Shown here: piece by piece, positions 8,346 to 20,661 of the stretch | Position numbering within the stretch: the stretch's first letter is position 1 | Layout: the number at the start of each line of letters is the position of its first letter | Assembly (NCBI GenBank): GCA_963767525.1 | Contig: CAVYEH010000002.1 | Location: forward strand, 58,149 to 122,148 | DNA from: an uncultured Actinomycetes bacterium | GTDB taxonomy: Bacteria; Actinomycetota; Thermoleophilia; Gaiellales; Gaiellaceae | Length of the DNA: 64,000 bases | Reading direction: 5' to 3' | The notes under the pieces: generated by a model | Databases searched by the model: none | What the model was told of the DNA's origin: nothing | Seen by the model: only the letters and a program-made list of their open reading frames with translations | Translations under genes and position numbers: made by a program

Positions 8346-8990
8346 GTGGACGACGCCGACCTTCAGCTCCGCCGTCGCACGTACGCCTTCTTCGTCGAGC
8401 ACGGCCGAGCGCCGGAGCCGGCCGAGCTCGGAGAGCCGGAGGATGTCGTCGCCGCATGGCGCCGCCTCCACGACGCCCACGCAATCGTCCTCGATCGGGA
8501 CACCGACGAGCTGCGGATGCTCAACCCGTTCTCAGCCGTGCCGACCGCCTACCGCGTCGAGGCGCAGGGCCGCTCGTGGTACGGCAACTGTGCATGGGAC
8601 GCGATCGGGATCTGCGCGGCGCTCCACGCCGATGGGCTGATCGAGACATCGTGTCCGGACTGTGGCGAGCCGATCACGCTCGAGATCCGCGACGGCCGGC
8701 CGGGCGACGAGTCGCTCCTGTTCCACGTCCTCGTCCCGGCGCGGCACTGGTGGGACGACATCGTCTTCACCTGAGGGACGATGAACCTCTTCCGGTCGGA
8801 AGAGCACATCGCCCGCTGGCTTGGGACGCGCCGACCGGGCGCCACGATTCCGGTCGCGAAGCTCGCCGAGCTCGCGTTCGCCTGGTGGGACGACCGGATC
8901 GCGCCGGACTGGACGCCGCACACGCGCGAGCAGAACGCCGCGATCCTCAAGCGCCTCGGGCTGGTCGGCGAGTTCTGGGAGCTCGCATGA
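8346..8990 (+). pseudogene. MerB-like (alkylmercury lyase family) gene interrupted by an in-frame TGA at 8772-8774
   Basis: N-terminal part has MerB-like C-x-x-D (GNCAWDAIGIC) and SCPDCGEP; the downstream ORF 8781-8990 is in the same frame and aligns to the MerB C-terminus (SEEHIARWLG...AELAFAWW). Confidence 0.5.
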
Positions 8991-9379
8991 CGCAGCCCCG
9001 GGACCCACGCATCGACGCGTACATCGGCGGCCTGCCCGACTGGCAGCAAGCGATCTGCTATGAGCTTCGTGAGGTGATCCACGCGGCCGACCCGGAGATG
9101 GGCGAGACGATCAAGCGGCGCGACAGGCCTTACTTCGTGCTCGACGGCAATGTCTGCGCGTTGCTCGCCGCCAGGGATCACGTCAACCTCTTCCTGTACG
9201 ACGGCGCGATTGTCCCCGACCCGGACGGGATCATCACCGGCGGTCACGATAACCAGACGGCGCGGACGATCGCATACCACGAGGGCGAAGCCATCAGGGA
9301 GCGGCCGCTCCTCGCGATGCTCGCCCAGATTGTCGCGAACAACCGCGCCGGCGGCTGGCGGAAACTGAAGAAGTCGTAG
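8987..9379 (+). CDS. DUF1801 (YdhG-like) domain protein
   Basis: MTQPRDPRIDAYIGGLPDWQQAICYELREVIHAADPEMGETIKRRDRPYFVLDGNVCALLAARDHVNLFLYDGAIVPDP...; start overlaps the previous stop (ATGA). Confidence 0.6.
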   Translation: MTQPRDPRIDAYIGGLPDWQQAICYELREVIHAADPEMGETIKRRDRPYFVLDGNVCALLAARDHVNLFLYDGAIVPDPDGIITGGHDNQTARTIAYHEGEAIRERPLLAMLAQIVANNRAGGWRKLKKS

Positions 9380-9525
9380 CCGGCCGCGTCCTCGTGCCGG
9401 CCCGGCGCATGTGGGACGATCGCCTCGCGCCCGACTGGACACCACACAGGCGCCAGGAAAACATGGCGATTCTCGAGCGCCTCGGCCTCGTCGGGGAGTT
9501 CTGGGAGCTCGCGTCTGCGGGCTGA
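9380..9525 (+). other. Duplicated 3' remnant of the MerB-like gene
   Basis: Encodes ...VLVPARRMWDDRLAPDWTPHRRQENMAILERLGLVGEFWELASAG*, roughly 80% nt identity to 8869-8990 and to the VLVPARHWWDD segment at ~8740; no start codon of its own. Confidence 0.5.
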
Positions 9526-9547
9526 ACGTGGTTAGGTTGACGAACCG

Positions 9548-10792
9548 ATGCGAGTTCCTTTCGTCGCGCAATTAGGCATGGCGTCGATGTGCTGCTGTGT
9601 GGTCATCGCGGTGTCGGGCTGCGGTTCATCGTCCCGCGCCTCATCGTCGTTCGTGCCTTGTTCAGTCGCGCACCGGACGTACGACCTCAAGCGGAAGCAA
9701 CAGGGGCAACCGCACCTGCTCGCGGTGGCAGAGCGGGCCGGCGGAAGCGTGATCTACGCGGTGTCTCCATCGGGATTCGTGTTCGCGAGCCGGAACGAGG
9801 GCTGCGCGTGGACGCGCTTCGGTCGCCGCGTGCCGGGACTGCCGGACGGCGTCGTGGCCATCGATCCGGCGAAGCCGTCGGTGATGTTCGCTGAGAACGG
9901 CGACGCGATCGCTCGTACAGCCGATGCAGGTGCGCACTGGGCGAAGGTCGACCTTCCGGGCGGCGCTCGTGCAAAGTCGGTGCTATTCGCAGGCGAGGGC
10001 GGCCGGACTGTGTACGCGTGGGGCGGCGTGCCCGGCGGGAACGGCGGCTTTAAGCTCGAGGGCCCACCGGGCGAAATGTTCCGCAGCGATGACGGTGGCG
10101 TGACGTGGCGCAAGGTCGCCAATCCCGACCCGTATGGCACCGGCTACGTCGGGGTCGCAGCGTCGAGACCAAGGACGGTGTATGTCGGAACGGACAGCGG
10201 CCTCTTCCTGACGACTGACGGCGGCGGAAGCTGGACGGGGCGCACTAACGGACTGCCTTCCCTTTACGGGCAACCGCCCACCATCGACGCCGTGGCTGTT
10301 TCACCGACCGACTCATCGCTCGCGTTCGCCGATGCGATGCAGAAAACCGGAATGAGCGGCCACGCCGTTGGCTGGATGAACTCGGACCCGCTGGAAACGA
10401 TCTTCCGCACGACTGACGGCGGCAAGTCCTGGCAGCCGGCGCTCACCGGCGAATTCGGGGCGGACAACGGCATCGTGTTCGCGCCGCACAGCGCGCGCAC
10501 GGCCTACGCCTTGGTCCTCCGGGCGAACCGGGCACGCACGAACTCGACGCCGGGAGAGCTGTACGTAACCCACGACGGCGGAACGTCATGGCACGCGCTC
10601 CCCGGACGGGTTCCCGGGCCATGCAGGTATCCGGGCGCGGATCCGTGCGGCGACTCGCACGCCATTACGACGCTGATGGTTGACCCGCTCCACGAGAATG
10701 TCCTCTACGGAGAGACCGGCGGTGGCCGGTTCGCGCGGAGCGTTAACGGCGGCCGGAGCTGGACGTTCATGCCGATGCCGCCGAGCAAGTGA
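9548..10792 (+). CDS. Lipoprotein with BNR/Asp-box repeats (sialidase/Ycf48-like beta-propeller)
   Basis: Signal peptide with lipobox (VIAVSGC); repeated S/TxDGGxxW motifs (SDDGGVTW, TTDGGGSW, TTDGGKSW, THDGGTSW, VNGGRSW). Confidence 0.6.
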   Translation: MRVPFVAQLGMASMCCCVVIAVSGCGSSSRASSSFVPCSVAHRTYDLKRKQQGQPHLLAVAERAGGSVIYAVSPSGFVFASRNEGCAWTRFGRRVPGLPDGVVAIDPAKPSVMFAENGDAIARTADAGAHWAKVDLPGGARAKSVLFAGEGGRTVYAWGGVPGGNGGFKLEGPPGEMFRSDDGGVTWRKVANPDPYGTGYVGVAASRPRTVYVGTDSGLFLTTDGGGSWTGRTNGLPSLYGQPPTIDAVAVSPTDSSLAFADAMQKTGMSGHAVGWMNSDPLETIFRTTDGGKSWQPALTGEFGADNGIVFAPHSARTAYALVLRANRARTNSTPGELYVTHDGGTSWHALPGRVPGPCRYPGADPCGDSHAITTLMVDPLHENVLYGETGGGRFARSVNGGRSWTFMPMPPSK

Positions 10793-10844
10793 CGCACGCC
10801 TGGTGGGTGCGCGTCCGGTTGAGCCGCTAAGCTCCCCTGCGGTC

Positions 10845-10878
10845 GTACCCCTTTAACCCGGTCCAGCGAGGCCGGAAA
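10845..10878 (+). promoter_or_regulatory. Candidate PyrR-binding attenuator loop in the pyr leader
   Basis: GGUCCAGCGAGGCC (10861-10873) matches the PyrR binding-loop consensus RUCCNGNGAGGCU, sitting just upstream of pyrR. Confidence 0.45.
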
Positions 10879-10886
10879 GGAGACGG

Positions 10887-11474
10887 ATGAATACGCACGC
10901 GCCCATTCAGGGCAAGTCGGTCCTCGACGCGGAAGCGTTGGGCCGCACCCTTTCGAGAATCGCCCACGAGATCATCGAGGGCAATCCGGAACTCGACGAC
11001 CTGGCACTCGTCGGGATCCAGACCCGCGGTGTGCCGCTCGCGCAGCGGCTCGCCCGGCTCATCTCCGAACGCGCCGGCGCGGCGCCCGCCCTCGGCGCCG
11101 TCGACATCACCTTCCACCGCGACGACGTCATGGTGCGCGCGGGAGAAGCGCCGCTCGCGGCGCAGCCGCTCGTCCGCGCGACGTCGCTCGATTTCCCGCT
11201 CGACGGCCGCACCGTCGTGCTCGTCGACGACGTCCTCTACACCGGCCGCACGATCCGGGCCGCGATCGAGGCGCTCTTCGACTACGGCCGGCCCGAGCGC
11301 GTCCAGCTCGCCGTGCTCGTCGACCGCGGCCACCGCGAGCTGCCGATCCGCCCCGACTACGTCGGGAAGAACCTGCCCACCGCCCGCGACGAGCGCATCC
11401 AGGTGCAGCTCGTCGAGGTGGACGAAGTAGACGCGGTGCTGCTCGTCGCCGCCGCAGAAGAGGAGAGAACATGA
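10887..11474 (+). CDS. pyrR: Bifunctional pyrimidine operon regulator / uracil phosphoribosyltransferase PyrR
   Basis: VVLVDDVLYTGRTIRAAIEAL PRTase motif; 195 aa. Confidence 0.9.
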   Translation: MNTHAPIQGKSVLDAEALGRTLSRIAHEIIEGNPELDDLALVGIQTRGVPLAQRLARLISERAGAAPALGAVDITFHRDDVMVRAGEAPLAAQPLVRATSLDFPLDGRTVVLVDDVLYTGRTIRAAIEALFDYGRPERVQLAVLVDRGHRELPIRPDYVGKNLPTARDERIQVQLVEVDEVDAVLLVAAAEEERT

Positions 11475-12451
11475 TCCGTCTCGTCAAGGACGACCTGCGC
11501 CCACCCGGCCCGCCGCCGAAGCGCCACCTCATCTCGGTCGCCGATCTCACGCGCGACGACGTCGAGCGCCTGCTCGGCACCGCGCGCACGTTCGCGGCGT
11601 CGCTCGACCGCCACGTGAAGAAGCTCCCGACGCTCAAGGGCCACCTCGTCGTCAACCTCTTCTACGAGTCCTCGACACGCACGTCGTCGTCCTTCGAGCT
11701 CGCCGCGAAGCGCCTCTCCGCCGACACGCTCAACATCAAGGCCGCCGGCTCCTCGGTGGACAAGGGCGAGTCGCTCAAGGACACGGCGCTCACGCTCGGC
11801 GCGTACGACCCCGACGTCATCGTCATCCGCCATCCCCAAATTGGCGCGCCGCAGCTCGTCGCGCGGACGATCGACGCGCACGTCGTCAACGCAGGGGACG
11901 GCAAGAACCAGCACCCGACGCAGGCGCTCCTCGACCTCTACACGATCCAAGAGGAGCTCGGGCGCCTCGAAGGGCTGCACGTCGCGATCGTCGGCGACGT
12001 CCTCCACTCGCGCGTCGCGCGCTCGCTCATCCAGGCGTTCGCGCTCGTCGGGATCCGCGCGACGCTCGTTGGCCCGCCGGCGCTCCTGCCGCGCGAGCTG
12101 CCCGCGGAGATGACGACCGACATCGACGCGATCCGCGACGCTGACGTCGTCTACGTCCTCCGCATGCAGAACGAGCGGATGGAGCCCGGCGCGAACTACG
12201 TCCCGAGCCTCCGCGAGTACACGGCGCGCTGGGGCATCACGCCCGAGCGGCTGCGCCCCGGCCAGAAGGTGATGCACCCGGGGCCGATGAACCGCGGCGT
12301 CGAGATCGATCCGCGCGTCGCCGACTCGCCCGAGTCGCTCGTCGTCACCGAGGTGCGCTCCGGTCTCGTGACGCGGATGGCGGTGCTCTACGACGTCCTG
12401 ACCGGCGGTCCGGTCGGAGTTCAGGCGCTCGCCGCGGCGGAGGTGGCGTGA
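11471..12451 (+). CDS. pyrB: Aspartate carbamoyltransferase catalytic subunit
   Basis: STRTS and HPTQALLDLYT motifs. Confidence 0.9.
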   Translation: MIRLVKDDLRPPGPPPKRHLISVADLTRDDVERLLGTARTFAASLDRHVKKLPTLKGHLVVNLFYESSTRTSSSFELAAKRLSADTLNIKAAGSSVDKGESLKDTALTLGAYDPDVIVIRHPQIGAPQLVARTIDAHVVNAGDGKNQHPTQALLDLYTIQEELGRLEGLHVAIVGDVLHSRVARSLIQAFALVGIRATLVGPPALLPRELPAEMTTDIDAIRDADVVYVLRMQNERMEPGANYVPSLREYTARWGITPERLRPGQKVMHPGPMNRGVEIDPRVADSPESLVVTEVRSGLVTRMAVLYDVLTGGPVGVQALAAAEVA

Positions 12452-13761
12452 TGGCAGCGGAGATGCTCTGGCAGAGAGAGGCTCCCGGCGCGAACGTCGT
12501 CATCCGCGGCGCGCGCGTCCTCGATCCGGCGGAGGGAATCGACGCGACGCTCGAGGTGCGGATCGACAACGGCCGCATCGCCGACATCGCGGAGAAGGTC
12601 GACGCGAACGAGCACCGCGTGATCGACGCGGCGGGGCTCGTGCTCGCGCCGGCGTTCGTCGATCCGCACGTCCATCTGCGCACACCCGGTCGCGAGGACG
12701 AGGAGACGGTCGAGACCGGCACCGCCTCGGCGGCGGCCGGCGGCTTCTGCGCGATCCTCGCGATGCCGAACACCGACCCGGTCGTCGACTCGGCCGCGAC
12801 ACTCGGCGCGCTCGTCGAGACCGCGCGGCGCGAGGCGATCGTTCCCGTCGGCTTCCTCGCGGCGATCACGCGCGGCCAGCGCGGGGAGGAGCTGACCGAG
12901 ATGGGCGAGCTCGCCGACACGGGCGCGGTCGCTTTCTCCGACGACGGCATGCCCGTCGCGTCGGCAGGCCTCATGCGGCGCGCGCTCCAGTACGCGTCGA
13001 TCACCGACCGGCCGCTCGCGCTCCATTGCGAAGAGCCGACGCTCTCGCACGGCGCGCATGTCCACGAAGGACGTGTCGCGGCCGAGCTCGGCTTCGCCGG
13101 CTATCCGTCGGTGGCGGAGTCGGTCGCGGTCGAGCGCGATCTCTCGCTCGCCGCGTACGAGAGCGGGCGCATCCACGTGCTCCATCTCTCGGCCGCCGAG
13201 TCGGTCGACGCGCTGCGGCGCGCCCGCGAAGCGGGCATCGCGGCGAGCGGCGAAGCGACGCCGCACCACCTCATCCTCACCGACGAAGCCGTCCGGTCGC
13301 TCGATCCGAACGTGAAGATGAACCCGCCGCTGCGCGCCGAGAAGGACAGGCTCGCGCTGCTCGAGGCGGTCAAGGACGGCACGATCGAGGCGATCGCGAC
13401 CGACCACGCACCGCACGCCGCGCACGAGAAGGACGTCCCGTTCGAGGCCGCGCCGTTCGGCGTCACCGGCCTCGAGACGGCGTTTGCATCGCTCTACACG
13501 CACCTCGTCCAGCCCGGGCTGCTGCCGCTCGAGACGCTGCTCGAGCGGATGTCGGCCGGCCCGGCGCGGCTCTTCGGGCTCGACCGGCCGCGCGTCGAGA
13601 AGGGAGCGACCGCGAATCTCGTCCTGCTCGACCTCGGCCGCGAGTGGACGGTCGGCGAGCAGCCGTTCCGCTCGCGCTCTGGCAACTCGTGGCTGCTCGG
13701 CTCGACGCTGACGGGCGCGGTGCGCATGACGCTCGCCGGCGGACAGATCGCGTACGAATGA
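12448..13761 (+). CDS. pyrC: Dihydroorotase
   Basis: DPHVHLRTPG... amidohydrolase motifs; 437 aa. Confidence 0.85.
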   Translation: MMAAEMLWQREAPGANVVIRGARVLDPAEGIDATLEVRIDNGRIADIAEKVDANEHRVIDAAGLVLAPAFVDPHVHLRTPGREDEETVETGTASAAAGGFCAILAMPNTDPVVDSAATLGALVETARREAIVPVGFLAAITRGQRGEELTEMGELADTGAVAFSDDGMPVASAGLMRRALQYASITDRPLALHCEEPTLSHGAHVHEGRVAAELGFAGYPSVAESVAVERDLSLAAYESGRIHVLHLSAAESVDALRRAREAGIAASGEATPHHLILTDEAVRSLDPNVKMNPPLRAEKDRLALLEAVKDGTIEAIATDHAPHAAHEKDVPFEAAPFGVTGLETAFASLYTHLVQPGLLPLETLLERMSAGPARLFGLDRPRVEKGATANLVLLDLGREWTVGEQPFRSRSGNSWLLGSTLTGAVRMTLAGGQIAYE

Positions 13762-14787
13762 GTTACCTCGCGCTCGAGGACGGCACGGTCTGGCCCGGCG
13801 AGTCGGTCGGCGCGGACGGCCACGCGCCCACCTATGCACTCGGCGAGGCCGTCTTCACGACCGGCATGTCGGGCTACCAGGAGGCGGTCACCGACCCGAG
13901 CTTCGAGGACCAGCTCATCTGCTTCACGGCGCCGATGGTCGGCAACTACGGCGTCGCGGACGAGCGCGACGAGTCGGCGACGACGCACGCACGCGCGGTG
14001 CTCATGCGCGAGGCGCGCGGCCCCGAATGGACCGACTGGCTCCGCGAGCACGGCATCGTTGCGCTGACCGGGATCGACACGCGGAGCCTCGTCCTCCACC
14101 TCCGCGAGGCGGGCTCTGCGCTCGCGATCGCGGTTGCCGGAGACATGCCCGTCGACGAGGCGATCGAGCTAGCGCGTCGACAGCCGCCGATGCTCGGCCG
14201 CGCGCTCATCGCCGGCGTCTCGACGCCCCAGTCGTACGTCTTCGCGCCGGAGGGACGCGTCTCGGTCGGCGTCGTCGACTACGGCGTGAAGAACTCCGTC
14301 TTGCGCCGCCTCGCGAAGGCGGGCGCGAAGGTCACCGTTCACCCGCACGACGTCGACGCAGACACGCTCGCGGCGCACGACGGTGTCCTCCTCTCGCCGG
14401 GGCCAGGCGACCCTGAGCCGTTGACCGGCGAAGCCAAGACGGTCGAAGAGCTGCTCGGCCGCACGCCGGTGCTCGGCATCTGCCTCGGCCACCAGCTCAT
14501 CGCTCGCGCGACCGGACACGAGACCTACAAGCTCCCGTTCGGCCATCGCGGCGCGAACCACCCGGTGCTCGAGCGGCAGACAGGTCGCGTCCTCGTCACG
14601 AGCCAGAACCACGGCTTCGCGGTGCGCGCGACAGAAGCCGCCGAGGCGTCGCACGTCTCGCTTTATGACGGCACCGTCGAAGGTCTCGACTTCCCGGAGT
14701 TGCGCGCGCGGTCGCTCCAGTTCCATCCCGAAGCCGGCCCCGGCCCGCACGACGCGTGGTCGCTCATCGAGACGTGGGTGGCTGACC

Positions 14788-14798
<11 letters not shown>
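13758..14798 (+). CDS. carA: Carbamoyl-phosphate synthase small (glutaminase) subunit
   Basis: …LGICLGHQL… GATase motif; ATG overlaps the pyrC stop. Confidence 0.9.
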
Positions 14799-17862
<3,064 letters not shown>

Positions 17863-17881
<19 letters not shown>

Positions 17882-18608
17882 CTGCCGGGTCACCGGCGCC
17901 GAGCGCGTCGGCCTGTACACACTCGTTCGCGTCGAGCGCGGCGGACTCGAGCCGGGGGTGCCGGGGCAGTTCTTCATGCTCGAGGCGCCGGGACGCCTCC
18001 TACCGCGGCCGTTCTCCGTCTGCCTCGCGCCGCCGGGCGAGCTCGCGTTCCTCGTCGACGTCGTCGGCCCCGGAACCGAAGCGATCGCCGCGCTCGAGCC
18101 GGGCGACGAGATCCACGTCTTCGGCCCGCTGGGAAACGGCTATCGCCTCGACATCGCGCGCCCGCTCCTCGTCGGCGGCGGGATCGGCATCGCGCCGCTC
18201 CCGTACCTCGCCCACTGTCTCTCTGGGCACCTCGGCGGCGCGCCGCGCATCGTCGCCGGGTTCCGCACCGCGGAGCATGCCGAAGCCGCCGCGATCCTCC
18301 CCGCGCACGCCGAGGTCGTCGTCGAACCAACGCTTGTAACACAGTGTTACTTGGAAGGTTGGGACGTTCTGGCCTGTGGTCCGGAGCCGATGCTGCACGC
18401 GGTCGCTCAGCTCTGCCCTACGTCGCAGCTGGCGTGGGAAGCGCCGATGGCGTGCGGCTACGGGGCATGTTATGGCTGTGTCGTCGAGATCGACGGGCGG
18501 TTGAAACGCCTCTGCATCGATGGCCCAGTCGTCGACGCCGCGCGAATTCTCGAACCCACGAACTCGCCAAGTAACACTGTGTTACAAGGGACGGAGACGC
18601 CGGCGTGA
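17863..18608 (+). CDS. pyrK: Dihydroorotate dehydrogenase electron-transfer subunit PyrK (with two in-frame 21-bp repeat insertions)
   Basis: FAD/NAD-binding domain, ACGPEPM, MACGYGACYGCVV 2Fe-2S motif; start codon uncertain (TTG near 17863); extra heptapeptides LVTQCYL and SNTVLQG are encoded by the repeat. Confidence 0.75.
18333..18353 (-). repeat. 21-bp repeat with palindromic core, copy a (CTTGTAACACAGTGTTACTTG)
   Basis: Exact reverse complement of copies b and d; in-frame within pyrK (encodes LVTQCYL). Confidence 0.7.
18568..18588 (+). repeat. 21-bp repeat with palindromic core, copy b (CAAGTAACACTGTGTTACAAG)
   Basis: 235 bp from copy a in inverted orientation; in-frame at the pyrK 3' end (encodes SNTVLQG). 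Confidence 0.7.
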
Positions 18609-19459
18609 GGTTGCTGAACGCCTCCGGCTGTCTCGACGCGCTCACCGCGCCCGCGGTCGCGCGCGCTCTCGACGCCTTCGTGACGAAGACCGTCACGCCG
18701 CTGCCGCGCGAGGGCAACGCGCCGCCGCGTATCGCCGAGACCGCGCACGGGATGCTCAACGCGATCGGTCTGGCGAATCCCGGCCGCGAGCGTTTCCTCG
18801 CCGAGAACCTCCCGCAACTGCGCGAGCTCGGCGTCCCGCTCTGGGTCAGCGTGGGCGGCTTCTGCGCGGCGGACTACGCGGAGACGTGCGCGCGACTCAG
18901 GGATATCGAGGCGATCGAGCTCAACCTCTCATGCCCGAACGTCGACGAGGCCGCCGACTCCGCTGCCGAGATCGTCGCCGCCTGCCGCGCCGCGACCGCG
19001 CTGCCGCTCTACGCGAAGCTCTCCGCCGCACATCCCGACATCGCCGAGGTCGCGCGCGCCGTCGCCGCAGCCGGCGCGAACGGGCTCTCGCTCATCAACA
19101 CGCTGCGCGGCGTCGCACTCGACAAGAACCTCCGCCCGGCGCTCGCGCGCGGCAGCGGCGGGTACTCCGGCCCGGCCCTCAAACCGGTTGCGCTCCACGC
19201 TGTGCGAGCTTGCGCCGAGGCGACCGCGCTCCCGATCGTCGGCATGGGAGGGGTCACCACCGGGCGCGACGCGCTCGAGTTCCTCGCCTGCGGAGCGACC
19301 CGCGTCGCGCTCGGCACCGTGCTCTTCTCAGACCCCGACGCGCCGGCCCGTGTCCGCGCCGAGCTCGCCGCCGCGTGCACCGAAGCAGGCGTTGCCTCAC
19401 CCGACGACGCGGTCGGCCTGGCAAAAAGCCCGGAAATCGAGGCAAACGTCACTGCTTGA
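18605..19459 (+). CDS. pyrD: Dihydroorotate dehydrogenase catalytic subunit (class 1B)
   Basis: …NASGCLDA…NTLRG…GMGGV… motifs; GTG start overlapping the pyrK stop. Confidence 0.85.
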   Translation: MRLLNASGCLDALTAPAVARALDAFVTKTVTPLPREGNAPPRIAETAHGMLNAIGLANPGRERFLAENLPQLRELGVPLWVSVGGFCAADYAETCARLRDIEAIELNLSCPNVDEAADSAAEIVAACRAATALPLYAKLSAAHPDIAEVARAVAAAGANGLSLINTLRGVALDKNLRPALARGSGGYSGPALKPVALHAVRACAEATALPIVGMGGVTTGRDALEFLACGATRVALGTVLFSDPDAPARVRAELAAACTEAGVASPDDAVGLAKSPEIEANVTA

Positions 19460-19477
19460 TACGAGCCGGGAGGTTGG

Positions 19478-19823
19478 TATGCTCGCCCGGCCCATGAGTC
19501 CGACTAAGACGCAGGCGCACGCCCCCGCCCGGTCACTCGACCAGCGGATGGACGCCCTCAAGAGAGCGAACGACGTCCGCGTCAAGCGCGCGAAGCTCAA
19601 GAAGGACCTCAAGGAGGGGAAGACCAAGATCCAAACGATCCTCGGCAACCCTCCGGAGTACGTCGAGACCGCGAAGGTGATCGACATTCTCATGGCGGTG
19701 CCGAAGTTCGGGCGCGTCAAGGCCGGCCGCTTTCTCAACGTCTGCAAGATCAGCCCCTCGAAGACCGTCGGCGGCTTGTCTGAACGACAGCGCACAGAGC
19801 TGATCGGGCTCTTCAATCGCTAA
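19478..19823 (+). CDS. mihF: Actinobacterial integration host factor mIHF
   Basis: …RANDVRVKRAKLKKDLKEGK…VPKFGRVKAGRFL… typical mIHF; sits upstream of gmk as in mycobacteria. Confidence 0.7.
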
Positions 19824-19827
19824 GACC

Positions 19828-20406
19828 GTGCCTCCGGTGCTCGTAGTCACGGGCCCGTCGGGCGCCGGCAAGGGGACGCTGATCAAGGAGCTCATTGCGC
19901 GCGTCCCGGCGATCGAGCCGACCGTCTCCGCGACGACGCGCTCGCGCCGGCCGGCGGAGGAGGACGGGCGCGAGTACTGGTTCCTCACGAACGACGACTT
20001 CTCGCAGCGCGTCGCGGCCGGCGAGTTCCTCGAGTGGGTCAAGTACGTCTCCGGTCACCGGTACGGCACGCTCCGCTCCGAGCTCGACCGGATCGCGGAG
20101 AAGGGACGGGTTCCGCTCCTCGAGCTCGAGACCGAGGGCGCTCTCCGCGTCAAGGACAAAGTCCCGGGCGCCGTGACGATCTTCATCTCCGCCAGCGTCG
20201 ACGAGCTCGAGCGGCGCTTGCGCGAGCGCGCGACCGAGAGCACGGGCGAAATCGGCGAGCGGATCGACCTCGCGCGGCGCCAGCTCGAGCAGGCCGACGA
20301 GTTCGACCATGTGATCGAGAACGACATCCTCGAGCGCGCCGCCGGCGAGCTCACCCAACTCGTGTCCGGTCTCGTGGCCCCGGCAGCTACCATGCCCGGA
20401 CGATGA
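19828..20406 (+). CDS. gmk: Guanylate kinase
   Basis: GPSGAGKGT P-loop; TTRSRRPAEEDGREYWF. Confidence 0.85.
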   Translation: MPPVLVVTGPSGAGKGTLIKELIARVPAIEPTVSATTRSRRPAEEDGREYWFLTNDDFSQRVAAGEFLEWVKYVSGHRYGTLRSELDRIAEKGRVPLLELETEGALRVKDKVPGAVTIFISASVDELERRLRERATESTGEIGERIDLARRQLEQADEFDHVIENDILERAAGELTQLVSGLVAPAATMPGR

Positions 20407-20633
20407 TCGAAGCCCGCCTCGACGACCTGCTGGAGAACGTTGACTCGCGCTACGCCCTCGTGATCGTGGCGGCGAAGCGCGCGCGGCAGATCAACAACTA
20501 CCACCATCAGCTTGGTGAGGGTTCGTTCGGCGACAATCTGCCGCCGCTCGTCGAGAGCCGCTCGAAGAACTATCTGACCATGTCCTTCGAGGAGATCTCG
20601 CAGGGCATGCTGAAGTTCACGTATCCGAAATAG
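20403..20633 (+). CDS. rpoZ: DNA-directed RNA polymerase subunit omega
   Basis: …VDSRYALVIVAAKRARQIN… conserved omega core. Confidence 0.8.
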   Translation: MIEARLDDLLENVDSRYALVIVAAKRARQINNYHHQLGEGSFGDNLPPLVESRSKNYLTMSFEEISQGMLKFTYPK

Positions 20634-20661
20634 TTCGGCCCGGCGTAGGCATCCTTTCCGG

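Noticed and set aside
8772-8774. In-frame TGA in the merB-like gene as a selenocysteine codon
   Set aside because: No SECIS-like stem-loop downstream; MerB-family proteins are not known selenoproteins; a nonsense mutation or base error is more parsimonious.
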